A stretch of 64,000 nucleotides of DNA from the NCBI GenBank assembly GCA_047495785.1, contig JBLDXI010000025.1, forward strand, positions 1,364,001-1,428,000, given 5' to 3'. This document shows, one piece after another, positions 23,328 through 36,160 of the stretch. The notes below the pieces were generated by a model. The model made no database searches, was not told the DNA's origin, and saw nothing but the letters and a program-made list of their open reading frames with translations. The translations under genes and the position numbers were made by a program. The stretch comes from Lepidodermella squamata. Taxonomy: Eukaryota > Animalia > Gastrotricha. How positions within the stretch are numbered: the first letter of the stretch is position 1; each line of letters begins with the position of its first letter.

Positions 23328-24293
23328 GGTTCTACGACAACTGAGATCCGACATCCGAGAAAACGACAACCGAGAGCAGACAGCCGAGACCAAAATTTAA
23401 ATAAATAATTTTAATGCCGACATCCGAGACCAATTAATTACAGTGCACTTTCACTATAACGAAATTTACCGCGCCACCCAAATCCTTTCGCTATAGCGCT
23501 TTTTCGTTTAATTGGAAGTTGAATGAAAAATATATCAATTTGAACTATTTCACGACTGTTTCTCAATATTCGAGTCACTAAACGATATATCATTACCGAT
23601 GGTATGTTTGGGCACTGATAATGGCCTCTTAAGTTGCTTTTATTGTCGAAAATCACTTGTTGGAACACTTTATTACCTAAATAACTTCTTTTTTAATTAA
23701 GTATAATGATGTCATTGATTGGAAATCGGAAAAAAAATCGAGAAATATTCTGAAAAATGAAGCGCGTTTGCTCACCCTACATACGTTCTTCAATTTCAAG
23801 ACGTTTAGATTCTCCACCCTCGCTTATCTGTCATATGCAACGCTTGAATCTTGATTTCGCTATAGCCTACAAAATATTATGGATTTTTTCCGAGAAAGCC
23901 ACGAAATTCTTTCGAAATAGCGATTTTTCGCTATACCTATTTCGTTATAGTGAAAGGTGACCCCATGCAAAACAGGCAGACGCTGGCCGAGCCACGCAAA
24001 TCCTTTCGATATAACGGTTTTTCGCTATATTGGCGTTCGCTATTATAGTGAAAGTGCATGAACGTGAAATGAAATAAATTATTTTTATTTTTCTCACGAC
24101 AACCAAGACACAGACAACTGAGACCTGGACAACCGAGACAAAAATATAGGAAACTGTAAAATAGGTCGTGAAACTGGGACTTTGGCTTGGAATCGCTGGC
24201 CTTGTCCACGTTGATATCGTGTTAAGGGCGAGTTGAAAATTTATTTTCACGATTATTGATTATTGGTCTCGGTTGTCCGTGTCTCGGTTAACC
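23328..24293. mobile_element. Non-autonomous DNA transposon with GACAACCGAGAC subterminal repeats, interrupted by a nested MITE
   Basis: Tandem GACA(A/T)CCGAGA units at 23335-23430 and 24098-24140, and inverted units (GTCTCGGTTGTC) at 24265-24290. Confidence 0.5.
23441..24060. mobile_element. pogo/Tc1-like MITE nested in the previous element
   Basis: Left end TA|CAGTGCACTTTCACTATAA and right end TTATAGTGAAAGTGCA-TG, with internal CGCTATA repeats. Confidence 0.7.
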
Positions 24294-24328
24294 GATTAAA
24301 AAACATTAAAATTTATTTAGTTTTTTTT

Positions 24329-25917
24329 TCACAATTTTCCGCCGTTGCGTTTGCAAATCGATCTAAAATCCGGGCAGCAGTCGTCGCTAACCAGATTCGG
24401 CGCGCCCTTGTGGTACGTTTTGTACGCTGCCTGGCAGTCGTCGTCGCAGTAGCACAGGCCGTCTTTCAGATCGCTGAAATATTTCGGCGGCGTCCACCAC
24501 CAATTGTCGCCTTTGTTGCTGGCGCTGTTCCAATTTCCGGTCAGCATTTTTTGCTGCTGAGCGATTGTCAGCAAATTGTCGCGCGTTAGCAACGGCGCCA
24601 CAACGCAAGAATCATTTCGACCTGTTTAAGAACAAAAATTTAATGTGAAACCCGATGATGGAAAGAAAATCAATGAAGAAATGTTAAATTTAGGGTTATT
24701 CTTACTGGTTAATTAGAATAGTCTCGCACCATTTGTTCAAATTTCGATTATTACATCAAGTTTTTTTCGATAACGTAGCCCCCAATCGCCCCCTCCCAGC
24801 GTCCTCAATATGGGTTTGACTTTGGCATTAAAAATTGATTGCACCGGTATCAAGTCATTGGTTCCAAGTTTTTGATCGCTGTTGCTATCCACAATTGCCT
24901 TATATTTTATGTAGTAACCGATAAAAAAGCGGAATTGCACTCGATGCGCTCTGAGAGAAAATGCAATATTAATTCCCATTAGCTAGGTCTTTCCTATAGC
25001 GAATATGGGGTTCATTCAATTCGAAAATTCGCTCCAAGGCTACGAAAACCTGGCGGATATCTGGATGGTTTGAATTAGGGCGAAAATTCTAAAAATTCAA
25101 CACATTTTCAATCGGAATATCTTTTAGCGGAACCAAATATGCTGTAGCGGAAACAAATTTACATTTTGCGGAACCAAAGTCAAAATATGCCAAGATTCGT
25201 ATTTTGAATAATTCCACGAATTTTAGGCGAAGCATGAGTTCAGAATTGAACACTTTGTCTTATAGAGAATATTACGCTGAATTTACTGATGATTTTCGCA
25301 GAATTATTGTGCTCAATCTAGACCCGTAAGAAATATCAAAAAGTGATTTCAGGCCGCTAAAAAATTCCCAAGTTTGGTTCCACTATAGCAAATTAGGTTC
25401 CGCTCACCGTAAATTTGGTTCCGGTAAAAGGTGGACCTATTTTCAATTGATTATCATGGATTAGCATGATTCATTTGGCAGTGCCACTTGGGGTGAATTT
25501 TGGCAGTGGGTCGCCCCGAAATGCCAAAATGGGGTGACCTAGGCCCTGGGCATATAAAAAAATCGAAGATGGTTAGTTAAAGACCCTATGGGTGGGGTAC
25601 CGTTGAATAGCCTAAGAAAAGGCCAGCCTAGATGAGTGAGATATACAACTCATTTCGAGGCGGGTGATGAAGCTGAGAAGAATCCGTGGATGAATGATGA
25701 CGTTCCTATTCGAAAATGTTCGATTGTTACCTTTGCAGCAAAGCCTATCGATGACCTGAACGGCAGCTGTTCCTTTCTTCTGGCCGAAATACCGCAGCTC
25801 GACGTTGGCACACGAAAACGGCTGGTTCGGATTTGTCGTAGCAAAGTAGAATTTTTTCGGCGAAGGAAGCGCTGCGACAAAATTTACGCCTAGCAAAATC
25901 GCTAAAAATATCTTCAT
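24329..25917 (-). CDS. Small secreted somatomedin-B (SBSPON-type SMB) domain protein, copy B, 159 aa. Exons 25917-25731, 24621-24329
   Basis: Signal peptide MKIFLAILLGVNFVAA. The spliced product has SC..CCKGRNDSC..CYCDDDC..DDCCPDFRSIC, the SMB cysteine pattern. The phase-1 intron fits. Confidence 0.85.
25113..25438. mobile_element. Mutator-like MITE in the SMB copy B intron
   Basis: 9-bp TSD ATTTTCAAT (25104-25112, 25439-25447), imperfect TIRs, and GCGGAACCAAA subterminal repeats. The empty site is seen in copy A near 16111. Confidence 0.75.
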
Positions 25918-26475
25918 CTCCACAAAAATAGCATGAACTGACTGTAAGGTGGCTGCAATAACGCCCAGGACAACAATATCGAAATTATTAAATTAAGTTG
26001 TAAACAAACGCGGCGACCACTTTTCATTCGATTACTCGAAATTTATTTTCAGCACTCAGAAATTCGATTATTATCAACAATGCGAGGAGTTACGACGGTA
26101 CGAGACATAACACAAAAGCGGGCGGGATATAAATTTTTCGAAAATTCAATCACGCTGTTACATTTTGAGGTTTTGCTTCGCTGGTTGTTGGCTATTGTTA
26201 TTGTTGTTGTTGATGACGCTGCTGCTATTATAATTTTCGGTTCGGCTAGGCTCCGCCTGGCTTGCTGCCTCCTGGTCTGACTCGTTCGGCTCGTCTTGCC
26301 GTCGCTTGACGTCGCGCTTGCCCGCTAGTGACAAATAATGAGTCCAATATTCACGCGAGTTGACGCGATTTTTCTGAAACGGCCTGCCTCGATGAATCAT
26401 CAGCGGGTTTCAAATTAATGGTAACAAAAAAAAGAAATAAGCTGAATAATTGAAAGCGGATGGATTAATCGAGAC

Positions 26476-29400
26476 TCACGTTGCCATTTGAACTTTTTTC
26501 TGGACCAACAACTTGGCAGCAGCCATGCGAGCCTCGGCCAGGCCGCGATTTGCGCCACCCTCCGTTGTCATCATTAGCATAGGCTTTCTCGCATCTGAAA
26601 AAATTGAAAAATTACCAAAAATTACCAAAAAGCAAAAACATTTCAAAATCCTACACTTAGCAAAGTTCGGAGTAAATGTTAGAATTTTTTCCAAATCAAG
26701 GATATTCAACGAAAGCAAGGATAGCAAACTCTCATTAAAATTTTGACCGATTTATTCATCAAAATTGGTGAAAAAAAATCCTGAACTAAAAATTTACCAA
26801 AAGCAGATATATTTTGCCCAATTTTAAATTTTTTTCTAAAATATGCAAAATTGAGAATTTTTGTTCCACAAAAGTTCCCTATTCTCAAATTCTCGATTTG
26901 CGTCTTGAAAGACAGAATAACGCGAAATTTGCCGCGATTTTCACTAGATTATTTGCTCCACTCAAAACCCACGAAAATTTACCGAGACTTAAGAATCTAC
27001 CGAAGGCGATAGAAACATGCCTTACCTGCGACTACCGTTGGTAGAGAAGCGTCCATCAACGGCGGGCATAGAGACCGCAGCAGGGTATGTATCGACATGG
27101 CGATTCCACGCCGTTCAAGCCTCATTTTGACCTCCAAGCAATATTGTAAATACTCCTCAGCAAGCTAAAATTCAGTAATAAATATAAAAATTGCTGATAT
27201 TTCGAAGGAGGATTGAACTCACGAGTTCAAAGTCTTTGAGGAGCAGTTTTTGCTTGAACCGCTTCGAATCAACAAGTTGAGTCGGAATCGCTTCATCGAG
27301 CGGTAAAACTGAATGATCGTCATCACTAAAACATGTAAAAATCAGCATTCAGCTTTCATCAAAATGAAAAAGAGAACTCACGATAAGACAGAACCTTCAG
27401 AAACTGTATCGACGTAATTTGATAGTTTAGTATTTTGCCGGCTTTCAAGATTCGACGCTGATTTCTCCTTTGAAGACATAACGCTATCTAGAGGCGCTGA
27501 CGAAATTCTTCGAAGCGGGCTTAGAGACCGATTTCTTTGATTAAAATTATGGCTACACGAAGTTGAAGAACGAACTGAAGGTGAAACGAACTAAATGAAA
27601 AAAATATCATCATTATTCATCTTTCAGAAAATTATCGTGACTAACATGTCCATTGGGTCCTATTCTACGCCGTCGATAGCCGCCCGACATCGCCTCCTCC
27701 TCGGGGGTCATAACTAAGGTCGAGCCAATCATAGGCCGGCCACCAAACGAAAAATTACTCAAATCGTCCGGTTTCCGTGATTTTTTCTTGCTATTATTCC
27801 TAGGGCTAGGCCTCGACTTTGACGCTGAATGCACATGCGTTTCAGTTTCGTCTAAATTCGCTACAACTTCGTCCGTATTTTCGACAATTGAGTCGCGGCG
27901 AACGGGTGATTTTTTGCGAATTCCAGCGTCTCGGCGAAATTTCAACTTGGCCAGCCCGTCCGCGGTTGTTACACCGTTTTCGCGAAATAGCCGCATTTCA
28001 TCGATTGAAGCCACCTTACGCGTCAACGGCTTATCAGCTGATTGAGCTCGAAGCGGGTGGTCTTCAACAACAGCGACGACCGGCTTTGATTTCGCCATAT
28101 CTTCGCTCTGTTTATTCAACGCTTCATAGTAGTGATCGGTCAGAAATTTGTTGACCAAAGAACTGACGATCAACTCTCGCCGCTGGTCGTCCAGCATCAT
28201 TTGATCGGTAAAACCCGGCCCTTTTTCGTCATTTTCCGACTTTTCAACATTTTCCTGCCCGTCATTAGCAGACTTTTCCTGGTTTCCCTCCAAATTATTC
28301 TCGATTTTGACAGATAGAGTTTGAGGTTTTGTAAGGCTGTTCTTGTTTCTAGGCGACGGCATGCCGTAAGCTTGGCTAGCGCTCGAAGCCTTACGCGGCT
28401 TGTACCGACCCTTGGTGAAAAAAGATAAACAATGTCAGAAAAAATCGATGCATTGTCATAAATCATAAATTATTAACAGCGAACGAGAAATCTTGTCGAA
28501 AAACAATATTTGCTATTGCTAGGATAATAACAACAATTATTGTCAAGTACACACCTGAGCGGCTTTCAGCCGATTGCTAGGTGCACTTTTCGGCCGCGAG
28601 TCTGTAATTGACACCGGTGTGGCGAAAGTAACGCCTGAAGAGCCGCAGCTAATGCCGGAATTGCCGCCGTTTGACTTGGGCTCGACGGCTTGATATTCGA
28701 CTCGTTCAGCGACTTTATCGTGGTACCTGCCGAGTATGTAGGTCCGTTTTGACAACCGAACAGCGCCCTTCTGCTGGGCTGATATTGAGCGGGTTTGAGG
28801 CTTGATTTCATCCGCAGGCGGGATGAAATTGTCCGAGATTACTTGAGTTACCAGACCACTAGCTGGACAAGTTCGAGGTCTCGGACTTTGCTTCTGTAGG
28901 CGTGTTCTAGATGCTAGCGGAACTGGTGGCATAGCTCCAACAATTTGATACAAAGGATCTGAGGAAAACAAATCAAAATCTCGACTCAGTTTTTATATAA
29001 AAAAATTACTGTTGTTTGATTCCCCTGGATCTAAATGGCACGATATCATGCTTTTATTGCGCGGCTTTCTGCCATGCATTGCGAGGAAAACGTTGAAAGC
29101 CGTGTTGCTGCCCTTTCCCTGCATTTTTTGCATGAGAAGACCGACCTCTGCTTTACGACCCAGGTCAGCGATTCTACTTGAATCAATGTTTGAGTCATCG
29201 TCGCTATCGCTGTCTAGCCAGCCTGCAACAAAATCTGGAACATCGATGATGTTCGGCTCGTCCTGGTCAGCATTGTTCGCTTCTGCTGTAGTGATTTCTT
29301 CCAGACGTAAATCACTGCTAGCGTCGTCTTCTGATGCAAATTCGGTAACATTGCCGAAATGCACGCGTCTTTGGCTTGATGACGGGGTTGGTTCATCACG

Positions 29401-30145
29401 CGTAGGAGAGTTTAACCTTTCGCTGCATATGGGAAACGTTAAATTAAGGAGGAAATTAAGATGATATTAACCTATTGCGGGCAAGCAAGAAATTAACAAA
29501 AAAATATTAGCAATTCGGCAAATAAGATGATAAATGCCACACAGTAAAGTAGTTGAGACCGGCAAATTATATCAAGCAATATGGAGATTGTTATGTCGAC
29601 AAACAGGCTTTGAGCTGCTTCAACATTAGGGGAACTGCAAGGAGGTCGAACTGACGATTCGATTATTTTCGGAGACTCCGGAACAGAGAATGACTTGATC
29701 AAATGACGTAAATACATGCTAAAACCACTATGATAGAGATATAACAATTAAGATACGGGATTGTTTCATGCCAAGCTCTGCATTAGTGGTTGAATACTTA
29801 ATAAAACAAGCGAATACTCCCTATCTATGGTCTATTGCATATCTAGTATACTTTCACAACGCATTGTTAAAATGTTAGATGATCATGAGTTTACAAAAAG
29901 CGAATATCGATACTCGCTGAAGTCAGGAGTACGCCGATTTCCACTTGGAACGAACCTCTCCCGAAGCTCTGTTCTTTGCCTGATGTAATTTGAGTTTTGC
30001 TTTCCATATTCTGAAACGGATACGCCCACAGCCGGCGCTCAATTCAACAGTCCTCATTTATTCAACAGTCGAAATACTCAACTCTGAGAGACCAGCAAAA
30101 TCACTATCGCTGTCAAAGTCTGAGTCAGCTTGTTCACTCAAATTG
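26476..30145 (-). CDS. Uncharacterised large low-complexity protein. Exons include 29422-29009, 28958-28555, 28410-27646, 27590-27382, 27325-27223, 27164-27026, 26594-26476; the 5' end is unresolved
   Basis: Phase-consistent chain of GT-AG junctions. The C-terminal segment LAEEYLQYCLEVKMRLERRGIAMSIHTLLRSLCPP looks structured. Confidence 0.7.
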
Positions 30146-30983
30146 TTCAGAAGGAGAACACGTGAGCAGTTTTCTTAAATAAGTCGGACAACCTGAAACA
30201 TTTCGCGAAGGAGGCCATTTTATGACTTGGTCGGTAGCATATCCCACCTATCCTATCATTCAATTTACAATGGCTTCGGGAAAATCCTCGAACCTGAGCA
30301 GTTTCGGACTTGAGACTATGGCACTTCGCCAGGGTAAATGCAGGAAGCCGGCATGATAGCGCATTAATAACTAGAGAAGCTAAAATAATTTTAATGTTAT
30401 TTCAGTGTTAAAATAAAGCAAGAATACGATTTATAATTTCTGGGCAAGTATACTTATTTGTGACCGCAGGTTATTGTTGCTACCCAATAATCGAACGAGA
30501 ATTAATTGTCTTACGCCGCTGCGCTGCGCTTGCAGCGTGGCGTAATGGGCAGGTCCCAATTTGGCAATTTGGATAACAGAGGAAAGTGAGGCGACCAATC
30601 TCAAAGATCATAAGGGGGCGTATTAGATTGTGATCCCAGACCTTTTGTCTCAATTTCGACGAGATATCAGACGTTAGACAGGCTGTCGACTTCACCTGGT
30701 TCGCCTAGATGCCTTGAAAAACAGCGACCAGCTTGAAATATCAGATCTTCCATTCACAAGAGTCAAGAGTCAATCAACGAGTATTGGCGCGTTTGATCCG
30801 CCGTTTCCACTCAGTTTTACAAGCTCCCACAAGCTCTCATCGGAATTCTTCATTCAGTTTTATTGTGCTCAGTTGCGTATCTCAATCTGTCCGTAGAGGT
30901 ATGATTTCACTGCGCAATTTTAACAAGTTGAAATCGTTTACTAGTTTTGGTACAGACCACGTTGATGTCTGTTGAATTGAATT

Positions 30984-31548
30984 TGACCGAAAATAAGTGA
31001 AAAGTGGGGTTTGGCGAAATTTTTGACATAGTGAGATTTTGATGCCACTCTCAAGATCTATTAACGAGGAGTCGAACGGTATAAGAAAGGGGTTGATATT
31101 CATCAGGGTTTGTGAGAAAATGGGCTTGAAAGTATACGAGCGAAAAAATGCAAATTTCAAAAAATTTAGTTTTTTATTGCATCATTTAAAAATTCCCCAC
31201 GCAATAAATTCTGATATTATTTTCTTATGCGCAGTTGACGTTTCTAAGGGTAATCTGAGGTGAGGAATCTCGCTATATTTTCAAAAATTTTGTTGGGATT
31301 AAGATGGTGTCTCTACGACAACCTGAATCAATAACACTTTTCAGGGCTGCTCTGGGGTTTTCCGTATTTTAAGGCGGATGGGAGCCTCCTAGAGGTCTGA
31401 AATTTGAAAATTCGAAATCCTCAAGAAAAACTGAGTAAAGACATCTAGGAATCCAAGAATCGTCCCTCTTCACGTCAACATACGTTTTGCCATTTGCTTG
31501 AAAATACGAAAAATACGCCAAACCCCACTTTTCACTTATTTTCGGTCA
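30984..31548. mobile_element. Non-autonomous TIR DNA transposon, copy 1
   Basis: Perfect 33-bp TIR TGACCGAAAATAAGTGAAAAGTGGGGTTTGGCG. A second diverged copy lies at 49287-49918. Confidence 0.88.
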
Positions 31549-34500
31549 TTTATCACTTCGAATTCGCACGTGAGTCAAAGCCAACACAAATTTAGCAAAC
31601 GAGCAACTTGAGAGCATAGAGAACAAAACTTATGTCTCTGTGCTTTTTATGGCGCCTTTCGTGCTTGAGCAGAAATGCTCAGGTAAGGATCGTTCGAAGT
31701 GGATAATGATGAATGATAAGCATCTACACTTCTGCGCTTATTGACGATTCTGAACTCCGAATTTCTCTCGGTTCCATCACGCTTCCAACGAAAAATATGC
31801 CAACTCAATATCAAAATTGGAAGCACAATTGCGCTCGATAGATTAATCTCGAAGGAATTCAGCCGGTAAATTTCTGAGAAGATCTAGAAGTTCAAGAGTA
31901 ATCAAGAGGAATAAAAGTAACATAAACTAATTGGATTGAGGCCGATGGCTGATATCAATATTATTCCATTTGCGAAGAACTCTCAGGGTAGCTTCATCTC
32001 TCAGCATTATGCTTCTGCTCTCTTTAGATGCGTATTAAGGTTAGATCTCGGAATGCGTACCATTAGAGGAATTAGCTCTATAATATAACAGCGTTCTTCC
32101 GATAATAGTTTTTCGAATATAAAACTAAACAATTACTGATGACTAGGTATTGAATAGATCTTAGCCATGTCGTAGAGAAGCTTTCTTCCGACATTACTTG
32201 CTCTTTATTAGATACGAAACTCACATTTTATTGATCACTGAAATCACTGATTAATTTTAACTGAATGATAGCGCAGCGTGATTAACCTCATTGAGATTCT
32301 GGATTCTGGAATGACTCCGGAGCTTCTCAAGGAGCAGCAATCCTGTAATAATAATAAAACGTGAGCTGACATGAGTTCAGCGAAACCTAAATTGTGTGCT
32401 CGAGGCATTAGGGTATGTTTTCTATAAATCAGATTATCTTAACCTATAAGTCATGTGCTCGGAGTTCGGATGTTGAACAAAAATAAACAATATCAACAAT
32501 GTTGAACATTGTTCTAAACAACGGCAACCCTGCCTTTGACCCAGAAAAAAGTGTGGGTGTTGAGAGTGTCTCATCTGCGAATCATACGCACAAGAGAAGC
32601 GGGAATTGTAGTCTGCAATCATATTTCAATGGCATTGCAGGCGTCGTGTGACAGCAATATAGAAAATAGAAAGTGGATGAAACGATGATCGGTGAAAATC
32701 AGAAGTCTTCCATACAGGACAATTGATCGACTACTATCGAACGGTGATAAAACACACCTCAGTGAAGAGGCGTTCTGCTTTGATCATCGTAGGCTGATGA
32801 TAATGTTGAATTGAAGGCGAAGGGGCATTGGAAATGTATCGTTTGTGAATCAGAAGCGCAATCAGAGTCATTTTAGCTATTTGCAATCTCATCTTAACTG
32901 CAACGACGCAGGCTTCAGTGATTTTCAGTGAAATACTCAGTTGACTAAATCATTGAAATACTTCTCACGATGTCGCGGCTTCGTTTGTCTTTGCTCATTT
33001 TGAAACGGAAATTGTCTCAACCGTTCTTTGCGTATCAGTTGTCAGTGTGATTATGGATTATGCACATCTCACTGATACCGATGGAGTGGTTCTGAGCCTA
33101 CCGTCTCGCCAGTGGCGCAGTTAATACTCCACTGCTCCTCTTCTCACATTGGACCTGCGAGACGGAGCGAGCAGGGCGAGTAGAGTGGGGTAGATCTCAC
33201 GCGGCATTTGTTGTTCTACCTCCTTTTGATACAGAACCCTCCCTCAATAAGTTCTTCTCGTGTGGCGCAGTTAATACTGCTCTGCCGCACGGCTTCCTTA
33301 GTTTTCAAACAGGACTGTGCGACAACCTTGTAACGATGCTGCTCTTGTCGATGTTTTCGCCTCTCACTTACAAAATCTGTCGATGAGGGTAAAGCCAGCA
33401 TGAGCAGTCTCTCCTCTAAATTAGGCGAGACCTAATTTGCATAATAATAATGCAGAATTTGAATATTCACAGAAAGAAATCTAATTAAAACAAGTATTCG
33501 TAAAGATTAAAAAAATCTTCAAGAGATTAATAGTATTTGAAGTCTTGAGCTGCCGCAGGTGTTACGGACGGAGAAAAACTGAGGGGTTGGCTTCCGACTA
33601 ACAGCAGTCCCCCTCCGGGGACCTGCCCATCAAAGCACCGAGTGTTCTCAGCCTGAAAGCAAGACAAACTGTGAATTCCGCAGCTCCGATGACGGCAGCC
33701 TCAAGGTCACGTTTTATGATAGTAAGAAACGAGGCGTGAATATCAAATAAGCGTTCCGTTTCACTTGGCATTTCGAATGGCGGACACCTGATCCAATTTT
33801 GTGTCCACGGGAGGTCTGAATGGACCAAATAGATAACAGCTCTCAACGAAAACATGGCACAGATAACCAGCAATTTTATTTTTCAGTCAAACGGAATGGA
33901 CGTCGTTCAACCAGGGCACACAATCGATGTTGCCCAGGCTACTTGATTTCGCGATAAAAAAGTTTCCATAGTTTATAGTTTATAATCTGGGGTTTTAAAA
34001 TATTCATCGGGCATTATTCTGCCAGGCGAGGTAGCAGGGTCTACGATACACACGTTCATGCATTTTCTGCGTCAGGTGTAGTCTCTGCGGCAAGTTCATA
34101 AATCGTATTAAAATCTTACTTTCAGTAATTCAGGGCAAACAGCTTATTCATACGCGCAGCGCGCATAGCCTGGATTCTTTGGCCACAAATACTATGTGAT
34201 ATGTGATATGTGATCAATAAACAATACTTGGTATAAATCTAGAGTATCGGTGATATGATTTATATATGTCCAATGAGAGAGTCAAACAGTAGGACAAAGT
34301 CAGGAGTTGAGTTCTGTCAATGTTTTCATAACAGCAAGTTCGATTTTATGCTTCCAGCTTAGGCGATTAAATTTTCAATGAGCAACAAACAAACTTGTTT
34401 GCAGCAGGGCACTTCGGACATTCTGAAATGTTATTTTCAGGCTACATCAATATTCGCTGACTCGTGGGGCATTCGTCACAATGTGAGGAAGTAATATTAT

Positions 34501-35099
34501 ACTCGCTGAATCGCGTCAACTCCCCACACCGCCTCCGCCTGGCGACTAAAAGAGTTTACGATTGATTAAGCGGACGCAGAATTGAAAATGACGCCTTTTC
34601 TGGGCGTTGCTTATAGCAAATACTACAGCATTGTTATGCTATTTGCCTTCCGCCGGCTGTCGTTTTTTATAGTGTAAAGTAATTGTTTACTTGTACTATA
34701 GAGTATAGTTATTTTTTTCAACCCAATAAAATTGACTATCGTCAAACGTTAAAAGTTATATATCATCCATTATTCATCGATGTTTATCATTCAATCTACG
34801 TATACAAAACACTCACTGTATTTGCACCTGCACTAACAGTTTTTGTGCAAGAAAAAAATTTCACTACGCGCAACAAATCCTACGCAGCGGCAAATTTAAT
34901 CCCGATTCTGGCACGGGAGACCTGCGCCAGACTTTAGAAGTAGTAGCATTTCTGATGCACCGTTTCGATTTAAAGGTTTCGTTCATGATAAAACTACAAC
35001 TAATTTCCAAAGAGCAGTAAACAAGCCCACTCATCTATTAATCTTCGCGAAGATTTAGTCGTTGAATCGAAGCCTTAGTAAAACAAATATTATTTTTGA

Positions 35100-35657
35100 A
35101 TGCCTAGTTTTAAAAAAATGACCAGTTGTAATATGGCAACGTTTCTGGCTATAATGGTGCTACCATTGGCAAGCTGTTCCTTTCTCGATGGGTTGAGAGG
35201 AAAGTCGTCGAACAATCTTCTTCTACACATTCGATTTCCTTCAGCTGGCAATAACATAACAATGACGTCCCCGGCTGGTCCGGTGGCAGGCCTGATGCGT
35301 TACGGCAAGGTCACGCCTGGAGCGGCGAAATTCAACTTTCAAGCTAAAAAACCCCAATCGAAGCTCACGAACCCAACAGATGTTGTTCTGAAAGCAATAT
35401 TCCCCGAGGAGAAACTCGCCGAATTGAACTATGAAAAGGTCAGTGAAGCGAGGAAATCTCTGAGCAAGCTCTTCTGTGAAGAGATGCCGAAAAACAAAGG
35501 CGCTCTCCCTCTGGTTTCCAGTATGCAAGTTATGTCGATGGCTATCAGGTGCCATCGAATGCTGCGACATATTTGCGGCAAAGTGACTGGCGACAGTGAT
35601 TACGAGGGATTCATGCATGATTTCAACGTATATACCAGCATGTGCACGCGTTCATGA
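35100..35657 (+). CDS. Secreted protein (185 aa; true start possibly at a downstream Met), candidate neuropeptide precursor
   Basis: Intronless ORF with a hydrophobic signal-like MATFLAIMVLPLASC, a GLMRY-GK amidation-like site and four C-terminal Cys. Confidence 0.65.
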   Translation: MPSFKKMTSCNMATFLAIMVLPLASCSFLDGLRGKSSNNLLLHIRFPSAGNNITMTSPAGPVAGLMRYGKVTPGAAKFNFQAKKPQSKLTNPTDVVLKAIFPEEKLAELNYEKVSEARKSLSKLFCEEMPKNKGALPLVSSMQVMSMAIRCHRMLRHICGKVTGDSDYEGFMHDFNVYTSMCTRS

Positions 35658-36160
35658 TACTGGAACATATACATTTTTAGGCTGATGGAATTTTTGTATG
35701 ATTATTCCTTGACAATTAAAATAAGAGAATTCTTGCCGCGTAAAGAACTGTGTCAATTCTCGGTTGACTGGGGTCAGGTGATCAATAATTGCAAACCGGG
35801 CTAGGTTTGATTCGATGGGGATTATTCGGTGCGCTATATGCCTACATCAGATTTCGTTGATTTTCAGCCTAGAGAAGTGACAACATTGAGAAAAATCCTT
35901 CTAAGCCGATGCCTTCCGTTCTACTTCTGTGCAATTGAGTTTTTTGAGCCACGCACTCGTTTATGATTCGTTTTACAATTGGCGTAGTAGCATCAAAAAT
36001 TGATTAATAACTTTTATTTTGTTTACCAGGAAAACACTTATTTACACCGGAATATTTAATTATCAACGGAAAAAGAATCGAAATTATGGTAGCAAAAGTA
36101 TCTATAGAAAGATAGAATTTCTGAAAAATCTCAAATTAGTATTTAAGAAGTAGTAATAGG

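Noticed and set aside
23335-23430. Short spaced repeats resembling a CRISPR array
   Set aside because: Degenerate 12-mers with irregular short spacing in a eukaryotic context; better explained as transposon subterminal repeats.
26158-26400. 80-aa ORF as a possible last exon of the unknown minus-strand gene
   Set aside because: Its phase does not match the upstream exon chain, which terminates at 26476.
32480-32720. Frames interrupted mainly by TGA, hinting at recoding or selenocysteine
   Set aside because: TAG and TAA also interrupt, well-supported genes here use TGA as stop, and I recognised no SECIS.
33112-33278. 17-bp direct repeat GTGGCGCAGTTAATACT resembling a Pol III A-box
   Set aside because: No B-box or cloverleaf, so I cannot call a tRNA or SINE. 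The adjacent 33200-34180 region may be retroelement debris but has no decisive motif.
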